64,000 bases of DNA. It comes from Ylistrum balloti. Lineage: Eukaryota. Under the pieces are notes generated by a model. It worked only from the letters and a program-made list of their open reading frames with translations, was not told the DNA's origin and made no database searches. The position numbers were made by a program, and so were the translations under genes. Location: NCBI RefSeq assembly GCF_031769215.1, contig NW_026782127.1:186001-250000 (forward strand), written 5' to 3'. Shown one piece after another: positions 1 through 13,706 of this stretch (position 1 is its first letter; every line of letters starts with the position of its first letter).

Positions 1-152
1 TACATGATATATCTGCAACAGTTTTGATATATTCCTTATCGAGAGATATTGACCCCGAGTACTGACCTTGAACTCCTGTATCTGGGCCTGATTAAACATG
101 GCGAACACATTTGATGTGTATCTCTGGGTCCTAGACCTGTGTTTCTTTTTAG

Positions 153-2965
153 ACTTCATCGACGACATTTTGTCTTCTTGTTTCTTATCGACTGTGAAAA
201 AAATATTAATAAAATTTAATAAAAACACGATCATGTTTGCTGAAGACAAATACATTTTAGTATTCCACATGCAACATCCGTGAGTAGATATTTTGAGTAG
301 TTCGAAAGGTTCCGATCATGGTTCCGACATAAGACCCCTCGCGCGCTTACATCCGGGCCATCAAGAGTGATTAGTTGAAATAAATTGTTTCGAAATTGTT
401 GTGAAATAAATTACAGGTTTTTCATGATTAAAACATATTTTGTTATCAGTATTAGATAAATGGATCAGAGACAAGCAACTTAAGAACTCTTCTCCATAAA
501 TGAAATTACAAATAACTAATATATTGCACGTGACACATATTTATACTATAAATATGAAGATAAGTAATTCGAACAATTGTAAGTTTAAATCATTTTGTCA
601 AAAGGAGGAAAAGATGAGATGATAGGATAGAAAGAAAAGAAGAGAAAAAGAGATAGTATAGATTTTATATCAATTCTATATCAATACATATATATGGAGG
701 GCTTTTATAGGGTTCCGACTGCCTGTTTACGATTTTATTTTGTGTTGGTCGCGGTCCAAAATGAATTGGCGGATATTCAGAAACATTCGGACTAATACTT
801 CGAGATGCTCTATCCAACAATGATGAGATTTCTATCTATATTTTGTAAAATTGTCAATATACGTATTTTAATTTAAAAAGAATCATCTTTACGGACAATG
901 TCCCTGATAACCACAAATTAAAGGTAAGTGGTAACTCGGGTAGTGGTCACAATTAGCTTCCAAACTGACCTCCGTGGTAGTTACATATTGTAGTGGGATG
1001 GAGGAAGATTCAATGTACAGTCAGTGACGAACGTTACAGTGATACAGAAGTACTGGGAAACAAATTTTCATCCACACCATGTTCAGTATAACGAATGCGT
1101 ATTGTGTCATAAAACTAAATTATATTGATTCTTTCAAAATAACGAAACAATTGTTTCGTCTTAGTCTCAAGCACCGGAATACCCTGAGAAACGTTTAATG
1201 TTCAGACAGATGACCTTCATACCTTTTTAGGAATCGGTGATCGATAATTGATGTGTGTTATGAATATACTGGCTTTTCAATCACCAAAGAATGAATATTA
1301 CAATACTATTACTAATTACACGATGTTTAGCAGAGATGAATCTAAAGAATAAATTTTGCGTTGTACTGAAAAGATTTCACATGTACATAACTTCTTGTTA
1401 AAAAAGGCAATATGAAATTATATCGGTACCAGAGACAGGGCAGTCGATGTGAAAATTATCACGGTACAAACCCAGGGCAGTTGATGTGAAAATTATCACG
1501 GTACCATAGACAGGTCAGTCGATGTGAAATTGTCTCGGTACCAGAGACAGGGCAGTCGATGTGAAAATTATCTCTGTACCAAACCCAGGGCAGTTGATGT
1601 GAAAATTGTCTCGGTACCAGAGACAGGGCAGTCGATGTGAAAATTATCACGGTACCATAGACAGGGCAGTCGATGTGAAATTGTCTCGGTACCAGAGACA
1701 GGGCAGTCGATGTGAAAATTATCTCGGTACCAAACCCAGGGCAGTTGATGTGAAAATTGTCTCGGTACCAGAGACAGGGCAGTCGATGTGAAAATTATCT
1801 CGGTACCAGAGACAGGGCAGTCGATGTGAAAATTATCACGTGAAAATTATCACGGTACCAGAGACAGGGCAGTCGACGTGAACATGTCTCGGTACCAGAG
1901 ACAGAGCAGTCGATGTGAAAATTATATCGGTACCAGAGACAGGGCAGTCGATGTGAAAATTATCACGGTACCAGAGACAGGGCAGTCGATGTGAAAATTA
2001 TCTCGGTACCAGAGACAGGGCAGTCGATGTGAAAATTATCTCGGTACCAAACCCAGGGCAGTCGATGTGAAAATGTCTCGGTACCAGAGACAGGGCAGTC
2101 GATGTGAAAATTATCTCGGTACCAGAGACAGGGCAGTCGATGTGAAAATTATATCGGTACCAGAGACAGGGCAGTCGATGTGAAAATTATATCGGTACCA
2201 GAGACAGGGCAGTCGATGTGAAAATTATCTCGGTACCAGAGACAGGGCAGTCGATGTGAAAATTATCTCGGTACCAAACCCAGGGCAGTTGATGTGAAAA
2301 TTGTCTCGGTACCAGAGACAGGGCAGTCGATGTGAAAATGTCTCGGTACCAGAGACAGGGCAGTCGATGTGAAAATTATCTCGGTACCAGAGACAGGGCA
2401 GTCGATGTGAAAATTATCACGGTACCAGAGACAGGGCAGTCGATGTGAAAATTATCTCGGTACCAAACCCAGGGCAGTCGATGTGAAAATTATCACGGTA
2501 CCAGAGACAGGGCAGTCGATGTGAAAATTATCTCGGTACCAAACCCAGGGCAGTCGATGTGAAAATTATCACGGTACCAGAGACAGGGCAGTCGATGTGA
2601 AAATGTCTCGGTACCAGAGACAGGGCAGTCGATGTGAAAATTATCTCGGTACCAGAGACAGGGCAGTCGATGTGAAAATTATCTCGGTACTAGAGACAGG
2701 GCAGTCGATGTGAAAATTATCTCGGCACCAGAGACAGGGCAGATGATATGGAAATTATGTTGGTACAAAATTAACGCTGTGCTTTAATATCTTCTGGATT
2801 TCACGAATTGTAATATTCACAACGCATCTATATTAATTTAGCCATTTTAAGGTATATACGACATTTGCGGATGGTCGTTACCAGATTGTCTATGACCAAT
2901 CTCTGATTACTCGAATGCCCTGTATTCTTCGAGCTATTGACGTGGTCCCGAGAAGTTCGACTTAG
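153..2965 (+). CDS. 3' coding exons of an unidentified protein (exons 153-279, 881-923, 2852-2965); 5' part probably upstream of the window
   Basis: Three segments bounded by AG/GT sites (ttttag|153, 279|gtgagt, aaaag|881, 923|gtaagt, ttttaag|2852) join in compatible phases (2, then 0). They give ...DFIDDILSSCFLSTVKKILIKFNKNTIMFAEDKYILVFHMQHP-IIFTDNVPDNHKLK-VYTTFADGRYQIVYDQSLITRMPCILRAIDVVPRSST*. No family recognised. Confidence 0.5.
330..412 (+). mobile_element. 5'-truncated copy (3' end) of the SINE at 35112-35342
   Basis: taagacccctcgcgcgcttacatccgggccatcaagagtgattagt...ttgtttcgaaattgttgtgaaataaa matches the reverse complement of about 35112-35193. Confidence 0.8.
1412..2767. repeat. 38-bp minisatellite, about 35 copies, in intron 924-2851
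   Basis: Unit gtcgatgtgaaaattatctcggtaccagagacagggca (period measured 1985 to 2023). Variants include aaaccc/agagac and tatcac/tgtctc. Most units carry a GGTACC (KpnI) site. Confidence 0.97.
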
Positions 2966-4833
2966 CGGGATTTTTCCCTCCGGGTTTGAGACACCATAAA
3001 TAACAAATACGAAACACGTACGTAACGACTCTCGACCCTCAGTCCGTGTATTATCCTGACAGTGGCGAGGCAAGTCCCTGTATCTTATTTTGTCTTATAC
3101 AGAAAGAGATAGAGAGATAATAAAATTATTCAAACATAAGTAATCTGTCTAGCAGAATGACTCAACTAATTACTTTTAAACGAACGAGTGTATTTTGAAA
3201 ATGCGAGTTGGTTCAAATTCACAAAAACATCACGAGAGATAGGGCTGCACGTCCGACTTGGAATGCAGAGATAAAAGCCTTGAAATAAACAGGAGCGTCA
3301 CCTTACGTACAACCTATGGTATTAGTCATCCCGCCTACAACAAGATAGGAACCTGTAGACATTTTATATAATGTATGAAATCATGCCAATCGCAGTTTTT
3401 AGGTCTTAAGCGGTGCTCTTAATCATTTTTACATTCTATAACGTTTTGAAGAATTAGTCCTCTTTTAAAGATGAAAACAGCGATTTCATAACTCGATGGC
3501 AATATCATTATGAAGAGTCACAGTATAGAAAGTAGTCTTATCATACATGTATAGGCAATATTACCAGACGGCCCATGAGGATTAAATTCTTAAGAATGCT
3601 GAGGTCATTTGCTGTGTGTTTTATACCGAATAACTACATATCACTCATATTACCAAAACTCACCTTTGTGTAGGAATACCACTGTCCAAAATGTCTGACA
3701 CAAACTCTGTTTCTGACTCTACCGGAAACACGTAATTTGGATACGACGGGGAAAGGCTCGAGAAAATGTGCGATTGGCTCCAGATGCTGGAAATTTATCT
3801 CTTTCGGTTACCATGACGACCACCAGAGAGGCCTCCGTTGGGGAACCCGTATCATCAAGCACTATCGATTTGTTGTTATTGTAGGCTAACAACTGTCGAA
3901 TCGTCACGCATGATTACGGGTTGTAATGAGTAAATGAAAATGTGACCTTTTTCTTCTGATCATTGAAAAAGGATTTTTTGACATTTCATTAAAAGAAAAT
4001 GAACATAAAGTTAGGCTCAATTTGTGGTAGAATTTTATTTCCTGTGGATCCAAGGAAAAGAAAGCAGCACACAGACGTTGATGGTCCATCTGTAAGTTTG
4101 ATATAAAAATATCCGTATCTGATGTAGATGTTTGGGAAATTGATGTCGACATGGTTACTGCATAACATTCATATCACTGCTTTTTCCAAGGTCAGCACGT
4201 GTGACTATCATCCATGGGCATCGTATCCATATATATGTTAGTATTGTACAAGAAACACAAGTGGATAACCCTATCCTTTCTACAGAAAAACAGGATTAAA
4301 TAGTGACGAGCCAAAACAATGAAACAAACTACATCGTATATTACAGTTGTTTCATTAATTATAAAATTAATCAATTATAGGGCGTAAAGGCTAGAAAACA
4401 ACGACTAAGGCAAAGCAATATTGGAGATGTATATATACATGTATCAACTAGATGGGGTTGTGCATTGGGGAGGGGGCTGTGTGAAAAATACCGACAGTTT
4501 CTACCATCTGTAATCTAAAAGGATTATATCAAAATAATCCGTTTGGTCTGACATAACGGACTAAATTAAACGTGTATTAGAAAAGAAAAAGAAAAATAAC
4601 AAGTCATATGCGCCCGGAATGAGGTGCCGTCTCAAAACCAACAATATTCGATTTTACTGATCAGTAAATACAGGTACCTAATAATGTATACCTTCAAATC
4701 ATAGAGATAATTACGTCCATTGTTCATTGAAAACATGCACGTGACTGAAATGCGTTATTTCGTACAGTCTGTCATGTCAACTTAATCCGTAATTAAAAAT
4801 TTTGATTATTAGTTTTGTAGAACATATAATTTT

Positions 4834-6710
4834 ACATCCGAACCCTGATCAGTAATCCGTACATTCTACACTGTCTTACTGTCTGTAAGGTAACACCTCT
4901 ACATCCGAACCCTGATCAGTAATCCTACATTCTACACTGTCTTACTGTCTGTAAGGCAACACCTCTACATCCGAACCCTGATCAGGAATCTGTACATTCT
5001 ACACTGTCTTACTGTCTGTAAGGTAACACCTCTACATCCGAACCCTGATCAGTAATCTGTACATTCTACACTGTCTTACTGTCTGTAAGGTCACACCTCT
5101 ACATCCGAACCCTGATCAGTAATCCTACATTCTACACTGTCTTACTGTCTGTAAGGCAACACCTCTACATCCGAACCCTGATCAGGAATCCGTACATTCT
5201 ACACTGTCTGTAAGGTAACACCTCTACATCCGAACCCTGATCAGTAATCCTACATTCTACACTGTCTGTAAAGTAGTTCCTCTACATCCGAACCCTGATC
5301 AGTAATCTGTACATTCTACACTGTCTTACTGTCTGTAAGGTAACACCTCTACATCCGAACCCTGATCAGTAATCCTACATTCTACACTGTCTTACTGTCT
5401 GTAAGGTAACACCTCTACATCCGAACCCTGATCAGTAATCTGTACATTCTACACTGTCTTACTGTCTGTAAGGTAACACCTCTACATCCGAACCCTGATC
5501 AGTAATCCGTACATTCTACACTGTCTTACTGTCTGTAATGTAACACCTCTACATCCGAACCCTGATCAGTAATCCTACATTCTACACTGTCTTACTGTCT
5601 GTAAGGTAACACCTCTACATCCGAACCCTGATCAGTAATCTGTACATTCTACACTGTCTTACTGTCTGTAAGGTAACACCTCTACATCCGAACCCTGATC
5701 AGTAATCCTACATTCTACACTGTCTTACTGTCTGTAAGGTCACACCTCTACATCCGAACCCTGATCAGTAATCCTACATTCTACACTGTCTTACTGTCTG
5801 TAAGGTAACACCTCTACATCCGAACCCTGATCAGTAATCTGTACATTCTACACTGTCTTACTGTCTGTAAGGTAACACCTCTACATCCGAACCCTGATCA
5901 GTAATCCTACATTCTACACTGTCTTACTGTCTGTAAGGTAACACCTCTACATCCGAACCCTGATCAGTAATCTGTACATTCTACACTGTCTTACTGTCTG
6001 TAAGGTAACACCTCTACATCCGAACCCTGATCAGTAATCCTACATTCTACACTGTCTGTAAGGTAACTCCTCTACATCCGAACCCTGATCAGTAATCTGT
6101 ACATTCTACACTGTCTTACTGTCTGTAAGGTAACACCTCTACATCCGAACCCTGATCAGTAATCCTACATTCTACACTGTCTTACTGTCTGTAAGGCAAC
6201 ACCTCTACATCCGAACCCTGATCAGGAATCCGTACATTCTACACTGTCTGTAAGGTAACACCTCTACATCCAAACCCTGATCAGTAATCTGTACATTCTA
6301 CACTGTCTTACTGTCTGTAAGGTAACACCTCTACATCCAAACCCTGATCAGTAATCCTACATTCTACACTGTCTTACTGTCTGTAAGGTAACACCTCTGT
6401 ACATCCTACCCTGATCAGTAATCGAACAGTAATCTGTACATTCTACACTGTCTTACTGTCTGTAAGGTAACACCTCTACATCCAAACCCTGATCAGTAAT
6501 CCTACATTCTACACTGTCTGTAAAGTAGTTCCTCTACATCCGAACCCTGATCAGTAATCTGTACATTCTACACTGTCTTACTGTCTGTAAGGTAACACCT
6601 CTACATCCGAACCCTGATCAGTAATCTGTACATTCTACACTGTCTTACTGTCTGTAAGGCAACACCTCTACATCCGAACCCTGATCAGTAGTCTGTATAT
6701 TCTGCACTAC
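4834..6710. repeat. 66/67-bp tandem repeat, about 28 copies
   Basis: Unit acatccgaaccctgatcagtaatc(c/tg)tacattctacactgtcttactgtctgtaaggtaacacctct; starts at 4834, 4901, 4967, 5034. Some units lack an 8-bp ttactgtc segment. Confidence 0.97.
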
Positions 6711-6829
6711 ATTCAACACTTGTTCCCTATAGTTTAAAGTATAATATGTACACAAGTTCGGTTATGTATCACAGTTTGAGATGCATTGATGTCTGAACCT
6801 TGATTGGTTCAAGGTCGACTGTAGATGAA

Positions 6830-7065
6830 GAGAAGAACATTTTTAAGGAGGACCCCATTTTATTTACCTATGTGGCCCCGCCCCTGAGGGCCGCATAAGT
6901 TTCACAAATTCAGATGCACATGTCCTACTTATGATCCATGACAAGTTCGATCAAAACTGGCCTTATACTTTTGGAGAAAAAAAGGAAAAGCTTATGGATG
7001 GATGATGGATGGATGGATGACAGACTCTAGACCATGCTGTAAACTTTAGGCCAGGGGAGCTAAAA
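6830..7065 (+). mobile_element. Helentron-associated interspersed element (HINE/pearl-like), partial
   Basis: Contains ggccccgcccc, a (GATG)n microsatellite and the end motif ggccaggggagctaaaa. The same end motif is at 41120-41133 and 45787-45802. Confidence 0.6.
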
Positions 7066-9622
7066 TTAAATTTTTGTAAAGAACAATCACTTGTGTCGAT
7101 CCTTTCTTGCTTGAAAAACATCTGCCTGAACTTTGAATGCTGCCAATTATCTACCTGGAAAGTCCCACTGTTAAACCAGTAAGTGCATATATAACACAAA
7201 TACTACATCAATAACATATTTTACATCCTTTTATTGGAGATTCCATAATTTAGAGAAATTATCATGATTTTATGAAGGTGTAAGAAAATCTCTGAAATGA
7301 ACACCTTTACAACTAAATCATTCTTTAAAGAATGTACATAACCAGAGACTTCTTGTTCGAAGCCTGACAATTGAACAATAAAAATTGAACTGATATGACT
7401 TTCAACAAACTGTAAAAGAATGAAAGAGTATAAATCTAAGTGTATCACATTTTTATTAATTGTTTGTCTCAAGACAATCTGTTCCAATGTTTCACTGGTA
7501 ATAGATATTAAATTTTCATATTTTTTTTTTCAATCATACGGTAGTCCTACAGTGTATTTCTGTTGATGCTGAACCTGTGTATTCTGGCATCCTGTCTAAC
7601 GTAACTAATAAATTTTGACTACCACAGTATCGGATTGAAATATTTAAATCAATTTGATATTACAGTGATAGGTTAAACAGCTGATGGGGATGAGGATGTG
7701 ACAAACAAACAAGGGGAAGTTCATATTCATGAGCTTCTTTTTGAACTTCATTGTTGTATGTTTTCTCTGTTTATTTTCTTCAAAGTTTGAGAAAACAATG
7801 TACAGCTTTGGGAGTAGATAAAATAACTCTTTATTATTACCACTAGCCCGGATCAGGAAATGTAAAGGACTGACTGTATTTAAAACAAGAACATAATGTT
7901 AGTGAACTACAGCAGTAAAAAGAAGAACAACAGAACAGTTATGTTGATGAATTCTGTACATGTATCAAATATTCTGTGTCCGACAATGTAGCATCATAAA
8001 ATCCTTCCACTTACATCCAGACATCATGAATGTTTTAACAACTGAAAAGTTTTATTATCCAAATTTTGAAGAACACAAACTCTGGTTTACGATTTATACA
8101 AATATGTACATAAGGATCATATTTTCATCGAATGCACCATTCATTTCAACAAATATGAAAATTGCAACACTCTCTGAGTACCTTTTATAATGGTAGACAC
8201 GTAATCACTCTTCATTCTACTGCACCAGATCAGACACTAGTAACAAATGTACAACAGTTACAGAAAATCACTATCTATCTAGTAATAAACCCATGGCTGG
8301 TAATAATTATCATTGTTTAATCAAATAACGCTAAAATTCTAATTACAATCCTATGATAAGCCCACCCCCTTCTTCAAATCTGAGCTCGTGTACTTACACT
8401 ATATCAACCTACTAAGAAATTCTCCAGGAATCAAGCTAAGCTCATGTGTGTAATAATTCATCTGCTAGGTTTCAGAAGGAGTAAGTATTGTACCAACTCA
8501 GGATATCAATTGACAAAGAGTTATCTTAATATTGAAATACAACATTATTTTATCATGAGTACAACACTTAATCAGCTTACAGGACAATGTTCAAACTGTA
8601 TTGAACTCTTCTACTATAACATATTGATTTTATGATAAAGAAATTTGGATACGACCATTTACTGAACAAAATCTCTAAAATTTACATTCAAAACTTGATC
8701 AACTCAATGGGAGACAACTCAATTCATCCATATTTTCACTGTTTAAAGTCTTAAAGATGAAGGAGATTGTTATAACCAGGCAAACATTTATTTTTTTGAC
8801 TCAGATATTGGAGTCCTTGACTTGTGCTTTTCCAGTAGGACTCACTCACATTTTGAGAACCTGCTGTATCTCTTTGTCACAGGACACATCAAAATTTTAG
8901 AAATGATGCTCAAAAGTTACTGGGCACAAGACAGTAGTCTTTACATTTTTTGCAGTTTTACTTTCTTTTAAACAACACAAACATACCTGGTATATGATTT
9001 TGCAACTGATTTTTAAAAAAAAAATGGTGTATAAAACATGGATATACAAATTACAGAAGCATATCAGGGCCATTCCGCATTAACTCAAGTGATAAGCTGA
9101 TTTTTTTTTGCTGAAAATACCATATGGTCTGAGGCTTCATATACTAATATATTATGCTATTTAAAGCATCAGGCTTTGTGTCCAGTTGTAGAAAATTTGT
9201 GAAAATTAGGGAAGGGAGGGGAAGTAAGAAAGTTCAAAAGGAGGTGAAATTACATTACCATTGAATTTAAATATATATTCTGCTGATGTTGAGAATTACC
9301 TTAAATCACAATTTCCATAAAATCCCATCCCATGATATTCTTCAAAATCAGGCATAGTTGGTGAAGTAATTTGGTTTCACATATTCCTAATCATACTGAA
9401 CAATTGCAGATACTGCAAGCAATGAACTAGAAACGGTATCTCCATTTCTTTACTATAAATATCAACATCACATTGTCATTTCCTATTGCATGTTGAGTCA
9501 GTATACTGTAGACGTGTGAAATTATTAAAATGAAAATGACTGAATGTTCTGAACAAATGATAACAATATAAACTTTATACAATAAAAATCCCACTTATTT
9601 TCTTAAATTAACATTCACTCTG

Positions 9623-12541
9623 TCAAGAAAGCCTCACAGCTGAAAATGTTGCATCTCGTTTAGAAAATTCTTTTTCTTGTTTGCGTCTCTGTTGTTCCAA
9701 ATTTCGCTTCTGGCGCTCAGATCGCTTCTGTTCCTTTATGGCCGCCTCTGCTTGCCATGATAAATCCTCCTCCGCTTCATCATCCCATCCAGTCTCTCGG
9801 TCATCCCAAGTACCTAACTCTGGACCCTGAAATAATCGTGAAAATAAATCATTGTAGCGGTTATCTTGTAAGTACTTCACTTGCTCCCTTATTGATGTCC
9901 TGGTGTGTATTCCATGAAAACATTTACCCCACACAAGGAATAATGTACATTTCTCAATTATTTGCATAAAAAATTAGACAGAAAACCAGAACAATGAAGA
10001 AGAGAGACTAAAACTGGAGTTTGGGGGAAAGGCAGATTTTTCTGTCCTAATTAAAATTTCAAAAACATTGTAGATTCTGTTTTACAGGTTCCTTGGGTAC
10101 ATTCATAGTTTAAGTTAGTATTTTGTCAACATCTATGTTATTTACTGATAATTATTCCTGGAAACATTTTACATGACTTATAATTCACTAAAAACCAATC
10201 CATAAATTACTGGTACATGTGTACTTTGCTAAACTGGAGAACTGACACTGATTTCCAGGTGAAAAATTGTCCTTGAAAACTGACTTTTACTTACAGCAGA
10301 TAAAGGCACATCAGCAGTAGACATAGCAAACTTATTAGACTGGCTTCTCATCTCTTCTTTCTGTTTAATCAGTACCTGTAAGTAATCCAACATGTCATCA
10401 AATTAAAGTATACTGATATCCACCTTTCCCTCCCTACCTCCTCAAGAAAAGATAACTCTACTCATCCACAGATATTCATGTTTAACCTCCCTTCAGTATA
10501 CATTCACACATGTCTTTTTTGACTTGTAACAACCTCCTCCAAATGTACCTTATGTCAATTAAGTAAGAAATGAATTCAGATCTTATTTTGTTTTTGATGC
10601 ATGCAGTATTATAATATCCTATTACATGTAGTAGCTGGTGACTGTTTCACTAAAGAACATTAAGAAGCCAAGCACATGTTATCCACAACCATTAAGCTAA
10701 AGTGTCTTATCCAAAGACACCATCCATACAGCCGTTCCAAAGTGTCTTACCCAAAAACACAATCCATACAGCAGTTCTAAAGTGTCTTACCCAAAGACAC
10801 CATCCATACAGGAGTTCTAAAGTGTCTTACCCAAAGACACCATCCATACAGCAGTTCTAAAATGTCTTACCCAAAGACACAATCCATACAGCAGTTCTAA
10901 AGTATCCTACACAGACACAATTCATACAGCAGTTCTTAAGTGTCTTACCCAAAGACACAATCCATACAGCAGTTCTAAAATGTCTTACCCAAAGACACAA
11001 TCAATACATCAGTTCATAAGTGTCTTACCCAAAGACACAATCCCTACAACAGTTCTAAAGTGTCATACCCAAAGACACAATCCATACAGCAGTTCTAAAA
11101 TGTCTTACCCAAAGACACAATCCATACATCAGTTCTTAAGTGTCTTACCCAAAGACACAATCCCTACAACAGTTCTAAAGTGTCTTACCCAAAGACACCA
11201 TCCATACAGCAGTTCTAAAGTGTCATACCCAAAGACATAATCCATACAGCAGTTCTAAAGTGTCCTACCCAAAGACACAATCCATACAGCAGTTCTAAAG
11301 TGTCTTACCCAAAGACAAAATCCATACAGCACTTGGCAGTCTAGATCTAGGATCTCACTTTCCAAAAAACAGCTAACTGACAAAAGTAGGGATCAAACCA
11401 AGAACATTATATGTAAATCTTGAGGTTTAAATGTTGTTGGCTCTACTGACTGAGGTATTGGAGTCTCCTGGTACAGCTGGTAAAGACATAATTAGTACAC
11501 TGAAATATCATTGTATTAAAATGTGCAAGAATAATAAGCCCTATTTACCTTCTTTTGTTTCTTTATGGTTGGTGTCATGTCTTGAAAATAATCTGGTTCA
11601 GGTTCTGATGATTCTTCCTGAGACAGTGACCTTGACCTTGAATAATTATGATTCACTAATCTCGAATTGTTACTTTGTTCTTGATCCCAACTCTCCCACG
11701 ACTGCAATTCGGGCTGAGACAGAAAAAATTGCAAAACATTCTGAACATATATGTGACTTGACAATATTTTTACCCTAATAATGTCAGTGATACAAGTCGT
11801 CTTTGATGCTTTGACCTTCTGAGATGACTTTGTCCAAATATACATAAAAAAAAAAAATCATAAAAGATATCAACCTGATTTATATGATAGAGAATTTGTT
11901 TTTTCCTGGCTCTTGAAAACCTTCATTTTGACTTCTTAAATTGACAAAGGACAATCAAAATTAGTAAAATATTATTCTATTTCATAAATGACAAAAGTCC
12001 CAGGACTATTACAATTTATAAATTTATAAGTCCCAGGGAAAATCTGTCAATATTGTTTATTTTTCATGTGTACAAAAACAGAGTAAATTAGTAAATTGGA
12101 AAATAATTGAAGCAGCACTTCTCGAAATCTACCTTCATGGTAAAACTTCATATTTTTATAAAATAATTACTACAATTCCTGTAGCACAATCTACATCTAC
12201 TCTAAACCATTTATCTTTGTCTAAATTGGAGTTGTACATCTTCTGATCTAAATATTATCATGCATGCTTATGCCAATGAAAATAACATTTTTATCGTTTC
12301 CTCTCTGTTGTCACAGAGAGAAATGAATAACATAGCTAACTAATCAATGTCAGTCTCCAACCTGTTTTGGTGTGCTTGGTGTTTGTGTGAAATCCTGAGG
12401 AATGCTGTAGTGATTTGTTAATGGCAAAACGGTGTCGGATGTCCGCCTCTTCCTTCTACAGAAAAGACGTTTGAACGGTGAACATATCAGCAGCACAAAA
12501 CCGAAAGTCTTCTTGATGATATTCCACACAACTTTAATCAT
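9623..12541 (-). CDS. EBAG9: Receptor-binding cancer antigen expressed on SiSo cells (RCAS1/EBAG9) ortholog; exons 12541-12362, 11713-11549, 10375-10295, 9826-9623; 209 aa
   Basis: All introns are GT-AG, phase 0. The protein has an N-terminal hydrophobic segment followed by KRLFCRRKRR, then SWESWD, EPEPDYFQDMTPTIKKQKKVLIK, ELGTWDD and a C-terminal coiled coil WQAEAAIKEQKRSERQKRNLEQQRRKQEKE...AVRLS. This matches recalled human EBAG9 motifs (EPDYFKDMTPTIRKTQKIVIK, WQAEEVLRQQK, GVKLS). Confidence 0.93.
10699..11330. repeat. 40-bp minisatellite, about 16 copies, in the EBAG9 intron 10376-11548
   Basis: Unit aagtgtcttacccaaagacacaatccatacagcagttcta, with an internal inverted repeat gtgtct...agacac. 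Confidence 0.95.
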
Positions 12542-13706
12542 CTTGACAGGAAATCGGTGTGCTGGAAAATAAAATGATAAACTCCTTTTAATTTTTTTTT
12601 ATTTCTTACCGATACTTGCTATCATGTCACAACCTATAGAAATGTCACACAAATGTTACAGCCAGGTTAAGCGTAATTGCTTTGTTGCTATCTAATTCTG
12701 ATAAAAAATATATAACTAAATCATTGGTCAGTATATATGTTAAATTATTTGTTTGCATTGTTTATCATCCTACGATCTGCCAGGAACATTTTGAGGCACC
12801 GTCTTTTAGTAGTAGCTGTTGGCAATATGTAGCTACCTCACAGAGCAACACATGGGAGGCCCGTCACATTCCAAACAGAGCAATATTGGCAATTTTGGAA
12901 AAAGTGTCTCAACCAAAGACACAGCCATGTGAGCACAGAGAGGCCTAGCCATTTTCAGTTTCCTGAGAAACACAAACTGTTGTGGGTAAAGAGCATTGAA
13001 CCACACACCTATGATTTTCACCTGATCTTTCGATGGCCATTGTTTAAAATGACTTTGATATTTGCTGTATGACTTATCTCTGTTAGACATATTGAGCATT
13101 TGTCACTGTTATGAGCAGAAATTCAGGATTTGTATTTGTGGCTGGTCACAGGCAGATCTAACCAGGCGGAAACACTTATTGACATCCTTAATACTTCACT
13201 GAATCTGGAATTGTGATCTCCCTGCATCAAATCATATACATTCAAGAAAAAAGTCATACTAGACTTATATAAGCTCTTGGGAACCAGCATCTCACATTGC
13301 CAAATATAATTATGAAACAATTTCAAATGTAACTACAGACTATATACATTTAGCCTTTATGTACACTCACTGTTTCAAATGTGTTTATTAAAAAATTTGA
13401 AAGAAATGTAAGGGTTCTAAAAAGAGTAAGCAAGCCCTAACTTTAATTGGGATATGTAGACCATGTACAATCTAATATTTTTTTTTTGCAGATTTGTAAT
13501 TTTTAAGGACAGATAAGTTGTACTTAAATATACTCTATACATATGCAATGACATAAGGAAATAAAAAAAAAAGAAGATTTTGAGTTTGTTTTCTGGAATC
13601 AGAAATGTAACCAGAGCGACCAGCCTGCTCCCCTCCACCCCATCTGTTTTATATGTAGGTAAGAAGAAATATTCATTTTAATAACTGAGCTTTACTACTA
13701 TACATG

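Noticed and set aside
1459-1791. ORFs 1459-1650 and 1606-1791
   Set aside because: Translations of the 38-bp repeat.
1412-2767. CRISPR-like appearance of the regular 38-bp array (likewise the 26-, 35-, 40- and 66-bp arrays)
   Set aside because: Units are contiguous with no unique spacers, there are no cas genes, and the context is a spliced eukaryotic genome.
3000-3350. Minus-strand peptides resembling a transporter (GLASPLSG*YTD*GSRVVT; GSYLVVGGMTNTIGCT*GDAPVYFKAF)
   Set aside because: Multiple stops, no consistent exon chain, and only vague MFS-like similarity.
7100-8900. Isolated exon-like segments with good single splice signals (e.g. minus-strand acceptor near 7410, donor near 8850)
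   Set aside because: They could not be chained into a coherent reading frame or recognised protein.
10980-11240. 86-aa repetitive ORF
   Set aside because: Translation of the 40-bp intronic repeat.
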